NCBI GenBank assembly: GCA_001794755.1
Contig: MGKT01000006.1
Span: 40,700 to 104,699 of the forward strand
Direction of reading: 5' to 3'
Source: Candidatus Yanofskybacteria bacterium RIFCSPLOWO2_02_FULL_44_18
Lineage (GTDB): Bacteria; Patescibacteriota; Minisyncoccia; 2-02-FULL-40-12; GWA2-44-9
Length of the DNA: 64,000 nucleotides
Under the pieces are notes generated by a model that saw only the letters and a program-made list of their open reading frames with translations, made no database searches and was not told where the DNA came from. Made by a program: the position numbers and the translations under genes. Below, in pieces: positions 9,311 through 18,800 of the stretch (within the stretch, counting starts at the first letter, position 1; each line of letters starts with the position of its first letter).

Positions 9311-10384
9311 TTAACTTTTTGCCACATTTAGAACTATACCCAACCCGGCCAAGAGAGCTATCATAGCCGTGCCGCCATAGCTGATAAAAGGCAGTGGAAT
9401 TCCCGTCAGCGGCGCTAAGCCGGAAATGGCGGCGATATTAACAAAAGCCTGGGCGCATATCCAAATGTTTATCCCCGTCACTAACATCATACCGAATTTG
9501 TCATCGGCATTTTTGGCGATTCTCAATAAAATAAAAGACAAAATGACAAACAGAGAAATTGTAAAAACGGAACCGACATAGCCCAATTCTTCCGCTATGA
9601 CGGCAAATATCGAATCACCGACGACTTCAGGCAAAAATCCGAACTTCTGGGTGCTTTTGCCGTAGCCGACGCCGAATATTCCTCCTGACCCGATGGATAT
9701 CAGTGCCTGATTTATTTGATAGGAGCTGCCCCTGGTATCCTCGGAGGGATTTAAAAACGTCTTCACCCTCTCAAATCTGTAAGGCTCAATCCAAATTAAT
9801 ACCGATAGGATAACCAACAGAACGAGAATCAATGATACGAATTTTTTAAATTCCACTCCGGCCACGAAATACAGGCCAAGAGCGATAATCGTAACGACGA
9901 TAAGAGTGCCGATATCCGGTTGAAGGGCCAGCATGGCTCCGGTAACGCCCAAGATGACAAAAAAGGGAGCGCCGCCAAAAAACCAATTCTTTACCCGCTC
10001 TCGGCGTCCGCTGAACCAAGCGGCCAGATATATAATCAATGCCAGTTTCAACGTTTCCGAGGGCTGAAAAACAAAACCGGAAATATTAATCCACCTAGTC
10101 GCTCCTTTTAATCCAAAGCCGTAACCCGGTAAAAACACCAGGCCGGTCAATATTAAAGCGCCGAATAGAATAAGAAACGATAATTTCTTCCATATCTTGT
10201 ATCTGGTTTTAGAAAGAAAGAACATTAATATAAGTCCGGGAATAATACTGTAAAAAAGCTGATGTTTGGGATAATAGTAGGAATCGCCGAATTTTTTTTG
10301 CGAGTCAATAATTCCGGCTGATGAGAGCATCACTAATCCGAAAACGACGAGAATAAGAGTGGTGATAATGAGACCCTTAACCAT
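9311..10384 (-). CDS. ftsW: SEDS-family peptidoglycan glycosyltransferase (FtsW/RodA)
   Basis: 357 aa, polytopic, with the conserved SEDS C-terminal region …SDSIFAVIAEELGYVGS…PLPFISYGGTAMIA… It is adjacent to mraY. Confidence 0.8.
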   Translation of the reverse strand: MVKGLIITTLILVVFGLVMLSSAGIIDSQKKFGDSYYYPKHQLFYSIIPGLILMFFLSKTRYKIWKKLSFLILFGALILTGLVFLPGYGFGLKGATRWINISGFVFQPSETLKLALIIYLAAWFSGRRERVKNWFFGGAPFFVILGVTGAMLALQPDIGTLIVVTIIALGLYFVAGVEFKKFVSLILVLLVILSVLIWIEPYRFERVKTFLNPSEDTRGSSYQINQALISIGSGGIFGVGYGKSTQKFGFLPEVVGDSIFAVIAEELGYVGSVFTISLFVILSFILLRIAKNADDKFGMMLVTGINIWICAQAFVNIAAISGLAPLTGIPLPFISYGGTAMIALLAGLGIVLNVAKS

Positions 10385-10411
10385 TCATTAATTTTATTAC
10401 ACATTCTAAAG

Positions 10412-10441
10412 TATAAAAAGGGGCGACCCGTGGGCCGCCCT
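10412..10441 (-). terminator. GC-rich intrinsic terminator of the high-GC islet gene
   Basis: On the minus strand GGGCGGCCC-ACG-GGUCGCCC (8 bp including one G-U pair) is followed by TTTTTAT, immediately 3' of the 120-aa ORF. Confidence 0.55.
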
Positions 10442-10459
10442 GATGTGAGATGCTACATG

Positions 10460-10822
10460 CTACTTCGCCGACTCCTTCTTTTGCCACGCTCGATGCGTGG
10501 ATACCGCGCACGCGATCTGCCGCCTCGTCGCACCGTAGTGACGTGCGAGATTGTCTCGCATCTTCCGATACTGCGGAGTCTTGTGGTCCAGTGACCCCAG
10601 CTTCGTGCGAATCTCGTCGCACTCGGACGGCGTGAGTTCCCGAGCGGCCTTCTTGAGCAGGCGCCGCCGACGCTTGCCTCCGTTCGTGTCGCTTCCGACA
10701 TCCGACGACAGTCCCAGCATCGCCGCCGGGAGCTCGAGAATCTCGTCCGCCGTGGCGGACGAAACCCACTCCACCGCCCTCCTACGAAGCGCCTCAATGG
10801 CGCTCAAAAATGCTTTCGGCAT
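10460..10822 (-). CDS. horizontally acquired small basic protein with a putative HTH (sigma-70 region-4-like) motif, inside a 62% GC islet
   Basis: 120-aa ORF preceded by GGAGGGATAATC-ATG, a strong SD that is atypical for this genome. It contains …YGATRRQIACAVS…. The islet (10400-10830) is about 62% GC against a background of about 42%. Because of the high GC, other frames are also open (10453..10797, 10551..11015), but only this frame has SD, ATG and a terminator. Confidence 0.5.
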   Translation of the reverse strand: MPKAFLSAIEALRRRAVEWVSSATADEILELPAAMLGLSSDVGSDTNGGKRRRRLLKKAARELTPSECDEIRTKLGSLDHKTPQYRKMRDNLARHYGATRRQIACAVSTHRAWQKKESAK

Positions 10823-10885
10823 GATTATCCCTCCATATTTGTATTATAACACACGCCATGGCTATCTGTCAACTATTTCACTTAT

Positions 10886-11950
10886 TCAAAACAGGGGCGG
10901 GATTTTTGAGTCGATTAGAAAAATAATAAGCCCGATAGCCGCTCCCATGGCGTTTATCATCCAAAAGCGCATTGTAATTTGCGTTTCCGGCCAGCCGATG
11001 GCTTCAAACGTATGATGAATGGGCGTTGACGGGAAAATTTTTCTTTTAAGAAATTTCTTTGAAAACATCTGCACGATGACTGATAATGATTCCATGAGAG
11101 GCACTACGGCAATGAGCGGCAATAAAAGGGCGGTGTCAGTCAGCAGGGCCACTCCGGCGATGACAAAACCCAGCGCCATCACCCCGGTATCTCCCATGAA
11201 AAACTTAGCAGGATAAATGTTAAACCATAGGAATCCAATGAGCGCTCCCATAATCGCGGCCATAAAAGCCACTAAATCCATGCGGCCCTGATCAAAAGCA
11301 ATAATAGTGTAAGCCGCAAACATAATCAGATAAATGCCCCCGGATAAGCCATCAAGGCCGTCTGTTTCATTCATGGAAAATGCCGTCGCCACCATAATGA
11401 AAATAAAATACGGAATATAAAACCATCCCACAAAAATATCGCCTAAAAACGGAACGTTAATAAAATTGCGACCGAGTTTAAAAAAGAACCACCACGCCCC
11501 GATTACGGACAGGACGGTAAATATAAGCAATCTTTTTGATAAGCCGAAACCGCCTCTTTTAAAAACGCCTAGTGCATCATCGGCAAACCCCGCAATTCCG
11601 GCGATGATAAGCAGTCCCAGCGGAAGCCATGTCTGATTTCTGGACAAGAAATTGAGACGCCCCCAAAATCCGTCAAAATAAAAAGACAACGCCCACAAGC
11701 CCAGCGTGATAATCGATACCGTGACCCAAATCGGGAAACCGCCCATCGTCGGCGTACCTTCTTTTTTCTTGTGAAGAGCGTTAAAAATCGGTTTGTCCGG
11801 CCGTTCGATTTGCTTGCCGGGTTTGAAATACCTCAATAATATCTTTGTCCAGAAATGCGTGATTATGAGATTTAAAAAGAAAGCGATGGTGGCAACGACA
11901 AAAATCCTAACGACATTGGCAACCGTAAATAAATCTTGAATATCGTTCAT
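10886..11950 (-). CDS. mraY: phospho-N-acetylmuramoyl-pentapeptide transferase MraY
   Basis: 354 aa, polytopic, with MraY motifs …NETDGLDGLSGG…, …FMGDTGVMALG… and …HHTFEAIGW…. Confidence 0.9.
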   Translation of the reverse strand: MNDIQDLFTVANVVRIFVVATIAFFLNLIITHFWTKILLRYFKPGKQIERPDKPIFNALHKKKEGTPTMGGFPIWVTVSIITLGLWALSFYFDGFWGRLNFLSRNQTWLPLGLLIIAGIAGFADDALGVFKRGGFGLSKRLLIFTVLSVIGAWWFFFKLGRNFINVPFLGDIFVGWFYIPYFIFIMVATAFSMNETDGLDGLSGGIYLIMFAAYTIIAFDQGRMDLVAFMAAIMGALIGFLWFNIYPAKFFMGDTGVMALGFVIAGVALLTDTALLLPLIAVVPLMESLSVIVQMFSKKFLKRKIFPSTPIHHTFEAIGWPETQITMRFWMINAMGAAIGLIIFLIDSKIPPLF

Positions 11951-11951
11951 A

Positions 11952-12887
11952 TTATTCCCAGCGATATGATGATTTAACCCAATTAATTAATTTTTCCGTC
12001 TCTCCGAATCTGTCTTTGGATCCGAGCACGACACTAATTAGTGTATCATTTTTTTCGGGGATACTCACCAGTAAAACAAGACAGCCCAGAGCGTTATCTG
12101 TGTTTCCGGTTTTGCCGCCGATGATATTGGGAAGATTTCCCAAAAGGATATTCGTATTCTTAAGGGCATGCATTATTTTACCGTCTAGGGATTGAACGGA
12201 TGATTCCTTTTGCCTTAAGAATTCCCATATCATATCGTGTTTCATGGCGTATCGGGAAATTCTTACCATGTCCTGAGCGGATGAGTAGCCTTCGTCATTC
12301 AATCCGGCCGGATCGAGAAAGTTCGTGTCATTTAACCCCAAAGTCGAGATTTTTTGATTCATTGCTTCAACCAAGTTAATTCCCTTTTGAGACGCATAAT
12401 CTTTAAGAGCGTAGGCCGCGTCATTTGACGAGTCAACCAGCATCATTTTTAACAAATCCTCGATTTTAAGTAATTCGCCTTCATAAAGATCCTGTTTTTC
12501 TCCGTCGACTCTGACAGCCGCTGCGGACACAGCCACCGTATCCCTGGTGTTAAATTTCTCCAAAACAACAACCGCCGTTATTATTTTAGTCAGCGAAGCC
12601 ACCGGCAATCTTTGCCGAGAATTTTTTTCGTACAAAAAACGGCCTGAACGGATATCGTAGACGGCCGCTGATTTTGCGCCGATGCCCGAGATGTCTGAAT
12701 TTGAATCCAAGATTGGAAAATAGCTGGGCTCAGCCAATGGCAAGACATACGCCTGCGTGCTGTTAAAAAAAGGATTGCGGGTTATGCCGTCCGGTTGCTC
12801 GGTTTGAAAACTCGCAAACACAAAAGTCGTCAAACCAAGGGCAATTACCGCAAGAATAATTATCGATAAATAGGGTCGGATGGCCAT
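11952..12887 (-). CDS. D-alanyl-D-alanine carboxypeptidase (peptidase S11, low-MW PBP)
   Basis: 311 aa with an N-terminal TM anchor, the SxxK motif (ASLTKIIT), an SxN motif (SSND) and KTG (GGKTGNT). Confidence 0.8.
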   Translation of the reverse strand: MAIRPYLSIIILAVIALGLTTFVFASFQTEQPDGITRNPFFNSTQAYVLPLAEPSYFPILDSNSDISGIGAKSAAVYDIRSGRFLYEKNSRQRLPVASLTKIITAVVVLEKFNTRDTVAVSAAAVRVDGEKQDLYEGELLKIEDLLKMMLVDSSNDAAYALKDYASQKGINLVEAMNQKISTLGLNDTNFLDPAGLNDEGYSSAQDMVRISRYAMKHDMIWEFLRQKESSVQSLDGKIMHALKNTNILLGNLPNIIGGKTGNTDNALGCLVLLVSIPEKNDTLISVVLGSKDRFGETEKLINWVKSSYRWE

Positions 12888-12902
12888 TGGCGATTTTAAG
12901 CA

Positions 12903-14297
12903 TTATTTCTCCAGTTTCAGCTTCAGTTCCCTCAACTGCTTAGGGCTAATTTCAGACGGCGACTCCATCATAAGATCTCTCGCGTCTCCCGTTTTCGGAA
13001 AGGCGATTACTTCTCTGATGTTGGGTTCATTATTTAAAAGAGTAATCAAACGATCAAGGCCCCATGCGATTCCGCCGTGAGGCGGGGCGCCCAGACCCAA
13101 TGCCTCCAGCATGTGTCCGAAATTATCACGGATAGCATTCTTTTCAAATCCCATAATTTCGAAAACGGATTCCAGAGCTTCAGGCCGGTGGTTGCGAAGG
13201 CTCCCGCCGCCGATTTCCGATCCATTCAGAACAACGTCATACTGGGAAGTAAGAATATCATCAATATTCTTTTTATCCAGTAAGTCAGACATATATTCGG
13301 GCTTCGGAGCGGAAAACGGATTGTGTGTGAATGTGTATCTGCCAGATTCTTCATCTTTTTCAAAAAACGGAAAGTCGATAATCCAGCAAAAGGCCAAAAG
13401 ATTGGGGTCATTTTTGTCGTTTCTTAAATCGGGCCTGTCTGTCCCGTATTTTTCCATCGCCTCTTTAAAAGAAAGTCTTGGAAACGGGATTTCCTGGATT
13501 TTCTTTTCCGGGCATATTTTTTCGACGATATCTATCAGCAGTTCTTCATTGATGTTTATGAGATTTTCCCTGTCCGCGAAACTCATTTCCAAATCGAGCT
13601 GGGTAAATTCCGGCTGCCTGTCTCCCCTCGTATCCTCGTCCCGAAAACATCTGGCGATTTGAAAATATTTCTCAACTCCGCCGACCATTAACAATTGTTT
13701 GTATTGCTGGGGTGATTGGGGCAAAGCAAAAAACTTTCCCGGATACATGCGGGACGGGACGACATAATCTCTGGCTCCTTCTGGAGTCGATTTGGTTAAA
13801 ATGGGCGTCTCGATTTCGATAAAGCCTCTATTGTCAAGCCAATTGCGGATAAACAATATAATTTTATGTCTGACAGACATATTCTTTGACATCCTCTGTC
13901 TTCTCAAATCAATATATCTGTACTTCATCCGATTCTCCTCGCCAATCTCATATCCGTCCGTATCCAGAGCGAATGGCGGCGTTGCCGCTTCATTGAGAAT
14001 ATCCACCTCCAGCGGCGACAGTTCCACTTTACCCGTTTCCAATTCCGGATTAATCATTTTCTCGGGTCTGGCCTGAACCCGCCCTTTAACATTAACGACC
14101 CATTCCGATCTTAATTTTTCGGCTTTCTTGTATATTTCCTCATTATCCGGAGTAAAAACAACTTGAATCACTCCCGTCTTGTCCCTTAAATCAAGAAATA
14201 TCAGTTTGCCGTGATCGCGGCGATTATGAACCCAGCCGAATAAATTAACTTCCACGTCAATCAAATCTTTAGTTTCGCGGATATGGGTCCTTTGCAT
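12903..14297 (-). CDS. aspS: aspartyl-tRNA synthetase (short form lacking the GAD insertion)
   Basis: 464 aa with an N-terminal OB anticodon-binding domain (LFGWVHNRRDHGKLIFLDLRD) and class II motifs (FRDEDTRGDRQPEFTQLD; GGGSLRNH; GLGAPPHGGIAWGLDRL). Confidence 0.9.
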   Translation of the reverse strand: MQRTHIRETKDLIDVEVNLFGWVHNRRDHGKLIFLDLRDKTGVIQVVFTPDNEEIYKKAEKLRSEWVVNVKGRVQARPEKMINPELETGKVELSPLEVDILNEAATPPFALDTDGYEIGEENRMKYRYIDLRRQRMSKNMSVRHKIILFIRNWLDNRGFIEIETPILTKSTPEGARDYVVPSRMYPGKFFALPQSPQQYKQLLMVGGVEKYFQIARCFRDEDTRGDRQPEFTQLDLEMSFADRENLININEELLIDIVEKICPEKKIQEIPFPRLSFKEAMEKYGTDRPDLRNDKNDPNLLAFCWIIDFPFFEKDEESGRYTFTHNPFSAPKPEYMSDLLDKKNIDDILTSQYDVVLNGSEIGGGSLRNHRPEALESVFEIMGFEKNAIRDNFGHMLEALGLGAPPHGGIAWGLDRLITLLNNEPNIREVIAFPKTGDARDLMMESPSEISPKQLRELKLKLEK

Positions 14298-14344
14298 TAA
14301 CTAATATTACCAACAAAAATCCGCTCGTTCAAGCGGATATCTAT

Positions 14345-15370
14345 CTAAATGTCTATCAAGGCGTGGTCAAGAGTTCTATCGATTTTCGACATAAGTTCGA
14401 AAAGCTTATGTTTCACGTCCATGTAATCTGAAGGGCTCATTTCCGGTTTGAAGGGGCTACGTTGATGAGGCAAATCCACCAAAATAGACGCCGTCAATCT
14501 TTCGAGAAGATTTAGGGTAATGCACTCGGCCAGCCACGCTTCGGCGAAATAATTACTGCCGGCATTCACAAAGCCTCGCAGCCATCTCAAGCAATGGAAA
14601 AGAAGGGTATCGGCATCAAATTTATCAACCAGATGTAAAACATCATTCCAAATCCAGGCCGCGGGCGGATAAATCGGCCCTCTCTCCACAATCGGCGAGT
14701 TTAGAACATAATAATAATGACTCGAGAATCTGATGTCAGTGTTACCGAAATGGGCGAAAAAGTAAGATGGGACCATCATCGGCTGTCCGGCTTTTTCGAT
14801 TATCCGGTCGCGATATCTGGACAATGTTCTCAACTCATCAGGCGATAATGTCTCGGGTTTGCCCTCTGCGCCGAACCATTTATCAAATCTCTGTCTGAAA
14901 TAATCCGGCGCTGATAACTGCGGCGGTTTAAAATCCTTAAACACAAAATACGTCCGCCAGTAAATCAGCGTGACTTTGGCTATCTCTTCATCGGAAGGCC
15001 GCGCGATTTCTCTGACTGGAGAGATGTTGCTTTCCAATTTCTTGTGAATGACGTAGTCAAAAGCCTGACTATTAAATCTGGTCCCGCCGGCCCGTAAAAC
15101 AGTGGGCGCTCGCAATGCCAGCGATACGTTTTGAGTCTGTCTTATTTTCTCGTACTTCTGCCAGTCAGCCGCCGAATCAAATAAATTAACATCGGCTTCT
15201 CCGGCCACAATTAGAGTAGCGGGATGTCCTCTGTACCGGCCGTGCTTGATAATTTCTCTAAGCTGGCCCTGACCCAGACGCACTTGCCAGCCGGGATTGG
15301 AATTATCTTCCTCAAAATCGGTCGCTGAAATTACCACATTGTACCCTTCTAGCAAATCTTGAGTTTTCAT
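14345..15370 (-). CDS. hypothetical protein (341 aa), no recognisable domain
   Basis: Long ORF with coding-like composition and no motif I can assign. It borders the tRNA-Lys island. Confidence 0.4.
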   Translation of the reverse strand: MKTQDLLEGYNVVISATDFEEDNSNPGWQVRLGQGQLREIIKHGRYRGHPATLIVAGEADVNLFDSAADWQKYEKIRQTQNVSLALRAPTVLRAGGTRFNSQAFDYVIHKKLESNISPVREIARPSDEEIAKVTLIYWRTYFVFKDFKPPQLSAPDYFRQRFDKWFGAEGKPETLSPDELRTLSRYRDRIIEKAGQPMMVPSYFFAHFGNTDIRFSSHYYYVLNSPIVERGPIYPPAAWIWNDVLHLVDKFDADTLLFHCLRWLRGFVNAGSNYFAEAWLAECITLNLLERLTASILVDLPHQRSPFKPEMSPSDYMDVKHKLFELMSKIDRTLDHALIDI

Positions 15371-15482
15371 GTTTCTCCATTCTAAAACAACTGGCGATGA
15401 TAGTAAACAACATTTTCCTCCTTGTCAATATTTAAAAATAATCGGATAGGAAATATAATCCCTGAAGTACATGGGTGGGATT

Positions 15483-15743
15483 ATGAACGACTGGCGCAGA
15501 AGAGAATTGGAAATAATTAAAAATAGATTGCGTCTTGATGGCCATCCGTCACTGGCGGCCATTGAAGCGGAAATTTCAAACATCAGCTACGGCCCGCCGT
15601 TAGACCAAGTCGAGGTAGATATCCTAAAGCACATCCGTATGCTTATCGAAACTTATAGAGCATTGAGGATAAGAAGTAACTGGCAAAACCTGACTGAAGG
15701 CGACAAACAAATGCTCAAAGAATTCCACATTGCCGCCCATTAG
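15483..15743 (+). CDS. hypothetical small protein (86 aa)
   Basis: ORF MNDWRRRELEIIKNRL… preceded by GGTGGGATT (SD-like) and an upstream TATAAT. It is followed by a clean terminator. Confidence 0.4.
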   Translation: MNDWRRRELEIIKNRLRLDGHPSLAAIEAEISNISYGPPLDQVEVDILKHIRMLIETYRALRIRSNWQNLTEGDKQMLKEFHIAAH

Positions 15744-15764
15744 ACCCTAAAGGGTCTTTTTTCG
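15744..15764 (+). terminator. intrinsic terminator of the small + strand ORF
   Basis: GACCCTAAAGGGTC hairpin followed by TTTTTT, directly after the TAG stop. Confidence 0.65.
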
Positions 15765-15844
15765 CCTTTCTCGTCCGGCAGACAACTCCGTTGTCCGCCC
15801 TGCAGGACTCGGTCACGGATAATTTGCTCGTCAGTCACTCGCAA
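15763..15844. repeat. att-like direct repeat copy 3: X arm + tRNA-Lys 3'-end core + Y arm
   Basis: cgcctttctcgtccggcagacaac(t)c(c)gttg + TCCGCCCTGCAGGACTCG + gtcacggataatttgctcgtcagtcactcgcaa. The core is identical to the tRNA-Lys 3' end (19800-19817). The X arm is identical (2 mismatches) to the sequence flanking the tRNA (19769-19799), and the Y arm is identical to 19685-19717. Confidence 0.75.
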
Positions 15845-15853
15845 TGAGAACCG

Positions 15854-15883
15854 AGCCCAGCGTTAATCACGCTGGGCTTTTTG
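15854..15883 (+). terminator. hairpin (9-bp stem) + T-tract overlapping the stop codon of the PEP-utilizing gene; terminator-like on the + strand
   Basis: AGCCCAGCG-TTAATCA-CGCTGGGCT followed by TTTTG. The minus-strand gene's TAA stop sits in the loop. Confidence 0.45.
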
Positions 15884-18800
15884 AATGATGTGAACTACTC
15901 CTTTATTTCCATCTACTTCTACAATGTCCCCGTCTTTAATGAGGTCAGTAGCATTTCCAGTTCCTACTACACAGGGGATGTTCATTTCTCGACTCACGAT
16001 AGCGGCGTGAGACATCATGCCTCCTTGATTGGTAACAATTGCAGAAGCTTTTGAGCAAACGGGCATAAGCTCTGGCGAAGTAGTTTCTGCTATAAGAATA
16101 TCTCCGTTCACCATACTTTCCATTATCTTTTTCAGCCCATCAAAATTTCCATAATCAGCAATAATAACCTTTGCCATGCCTCTAACTTTTCCCTTATTGG
16201 CTGTTTTACCTTTAATTTCAGAGTGGAATTCGGGGGTAACAGTGTCAAATTTAGATACGATTACTTCCGCTTCTTTTCCATTTATATAAGTAAGATTCTC
16301 CCCATCACCAATCATTACATATGCACACTTTCTATCTTCTAAAATTGATGTTGAGACTTTTTGGTTTTCAAACAAATTAAGTAAATCACTCCTACTGTAA
16401 AGCATCAAAGAGTCCACTTCTACTCTAAATTGCTTTTGGAGTATGCTTAATATGGAAAAAAGAGCACTTTCGCTACCAAAGAATAATTTATTAAGATATT
16501 CACGTCCCGAATTTTTGATGCGCTCAAAATGCTTTAGATTCTCACTAGTTATTTCATCATTAAGTGAATACTGGTAAGCATCATCTGTAGCAAAGAACTC
16601 TGTTCTTCGATAAAAATGAAAGAGAGTTGACAAATTGATTAAAAACTCTTCCAAGTCTGCTCTAGTCAGCCTATCCTTTTTAGAGATTTTCTCAAAGTGT
16701 TCTGCTGTCTTCTTTTTATATGCTTCAAAACCATTACTATACTCATCAAATTTTTCCTTACTGCTGTATAGTTCTACCCCTTCTATTAGCGTATCTTTTA
16801 TAGATTGTTTTGGTAGATAAGTAGTCCAGATTCCATGTGCCAACATAGAAAACCCTTTAATCTTTTTGTATTCAGTCATAAAGATATCCGAAATGATATA
16901 AGGCATTCCCCCTACTTGGAAAAGTCTCTGATAATAATTGGGATCTTTAATGCCTAGATTATTTTCAATTATCTTTATAACACCAGTATCCGCATTCACT
17001 TCCACTAAGTCTCCATCCTTGAGTACTTTTGTTGCAATTTTTGTTCCTATAATGCAGGGTTTTCCCATCTCTCTTGCTGTAATGGCGGCGTGACTAGTGA
17101 CACCTCCTTCGTCAGTGACAAAAGCTGATGCTTTCTTCATGGCTGGTAAGAAGTCTGGGTTTGTCATCGGAGTCACCATAATGTCGCCTTCGTTTACTCT
17201 ATTGATATCAGTTTTAGTTAAGACTATTACCACTTTTCCTTTTGAGATTCCCTTATGAGCAACATTACCCCTTATCTCATTTGTTCCACTTATAACCTCA
17301 TCTTTTTCAATTTCAATACCAAGTTCTCGTTCGACCTGGATTAATGTCCTGTTATAGTAAAATTTATGGTCGTGAAAGATAAAATGTTCATCTCGTTTTC
17401 TCAACTCGTCTACAGTCGGTAACATACCTAAAATCTCATTGATGCTTAAAATCTTGGAGAAAGGAATTGCATAATCGGGGACAATCATCGGTATTGCTTT
17501 TTCAAATGTGGCGTTGGCATTGTAAAAGAAGTCTTCTGTTGATTTTCTTTGCTCTAGGCAGGCTTCTTTAGCTTTTGATGGCGCATCTTCAATTGCAGGC
17601 ACAAAATATATTATTGCGAATAAACTTTGAGTTCTGGCAAGCTTTTCGAAGAAAACTTCAAGGTTTTTCTTATTGGGTTTACTCAACAGCTGGCTTTCAA
17701 GCTTTTTTATTTCCTTTAATGCTTTCTGATAATTTTCAGTGATTTCTTCTACCCAGCCACTTCTAGCCAATTTTTTCTTAATAGCTTTAGTGGCATCAGC
17801 AAAAATCTTCTCATCTTCATATACTGTAAGCATTCCATTCGCTCGCTCGTAGACCAGTCTATCTGTAGTAACTCCTATCCAATTTTCAAGATATTCCGTA
17901 TCGCTTTTCTCCCAAAATTCGATAGCTGCTACGCATACATCTCTACTAACATTTTTTTTAAATAATGATTTCTTTTCACTGAACTCACCAATTATAGATA
18001 AATCTTCATCGATTAAGATATTATTTTCTTCTTGGAATTTCTCTAGATCTTTCCCAGTCGTTATATTCCCTTCAAAGAAAATAAAGAAGTCGTTTCGATT
18101 ATCAAGAGTTTCTTTATTTGGGATTTTATTGGAAAGCAATTCCTTAATTGATATGACATTTGCGTATTCCGCCAAATCAGGATATTGAAATTTAATTGCT
18201 CCAATTAGGGCATCTCCATGTTCATACTCGCCTGCCTGTGAGAGTTCTCTTAATTTGTAAGATTTTTCTATAATCGCTTTTGGAAGTTCCTTATTTGTGC
18301 TATTCCCAAATTGAACTATCACAGGCAAAAATCCCCAAAAATCCACGGAAGTTTTGTAAAAATCTTTTATATTTGTGTTTCGATAATTTATAGCAAATTG
18401 ATGCAGTTTCTTATAATCTTCCTCAAACTTTTTAGCTAAAGGTCTAAATTTGTCAGGATTATTTATAAAGAAATCAAAAAGCGGCTTAATGGCGGTATCC
18501 GGATTGTTGATGTCGTAGTAAACACTTGTATTGCCATCACTCGTTTTTATAAATAATGGATTAAATCTAGTTGAACCTTGTAGGAGTTTATTGAAAGCAT
18601 CATATTCGCCCTCCCACCAGTATTCCATAGTTACGAGGGAGAGCTTCCTGGTAAAGAATTTTTTGAAATGTCTTATGGGAGTTTTATTGGAAAGAGTGGT
18701 AATAGGTCTGCTCTGAGTTATGTAAAATTTACCATCCTCATATGCCCACTCAATATCACAAGGAAATCCGTAATGGTTTTCAATCTTAATTACAAGGTCA

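Noticed and set aside
10400-10830. Possibility that the GC-rich islet is a structured RNA gene (RNase P RNA / tmRNA), since RNA genes are GC-rich in AT-rich genomes
   Set aside because: There is no P4/CR-I (GGAAAGUCCGG), CR-II (AGGGUGAAA) or tRNA-like tmRNA 3' motif. There is also a clean SD-ORF-terminator arrangement.
10453-11015. Alternative-frame ORFs (114 aa minus, 154 aa plus, 130 aa minus) over the high-GC islet
   Set aside because: High GC keeps several frames open by chance. Only the 10460..10822 frame has a consensus SD, an ATG and a downstream terminator, and the others are Arg/Ser-rich nonsense.
15854-15883. Hairpin at the PEP-utilizing gene stop as its own intrinsic terminator
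   Set aside because: On the minus (coding) strand the hairpin is not followed by a U-tract. It only looks terminator-like on the + strand, so I annotated it as a + oriented or insulating structure instead.
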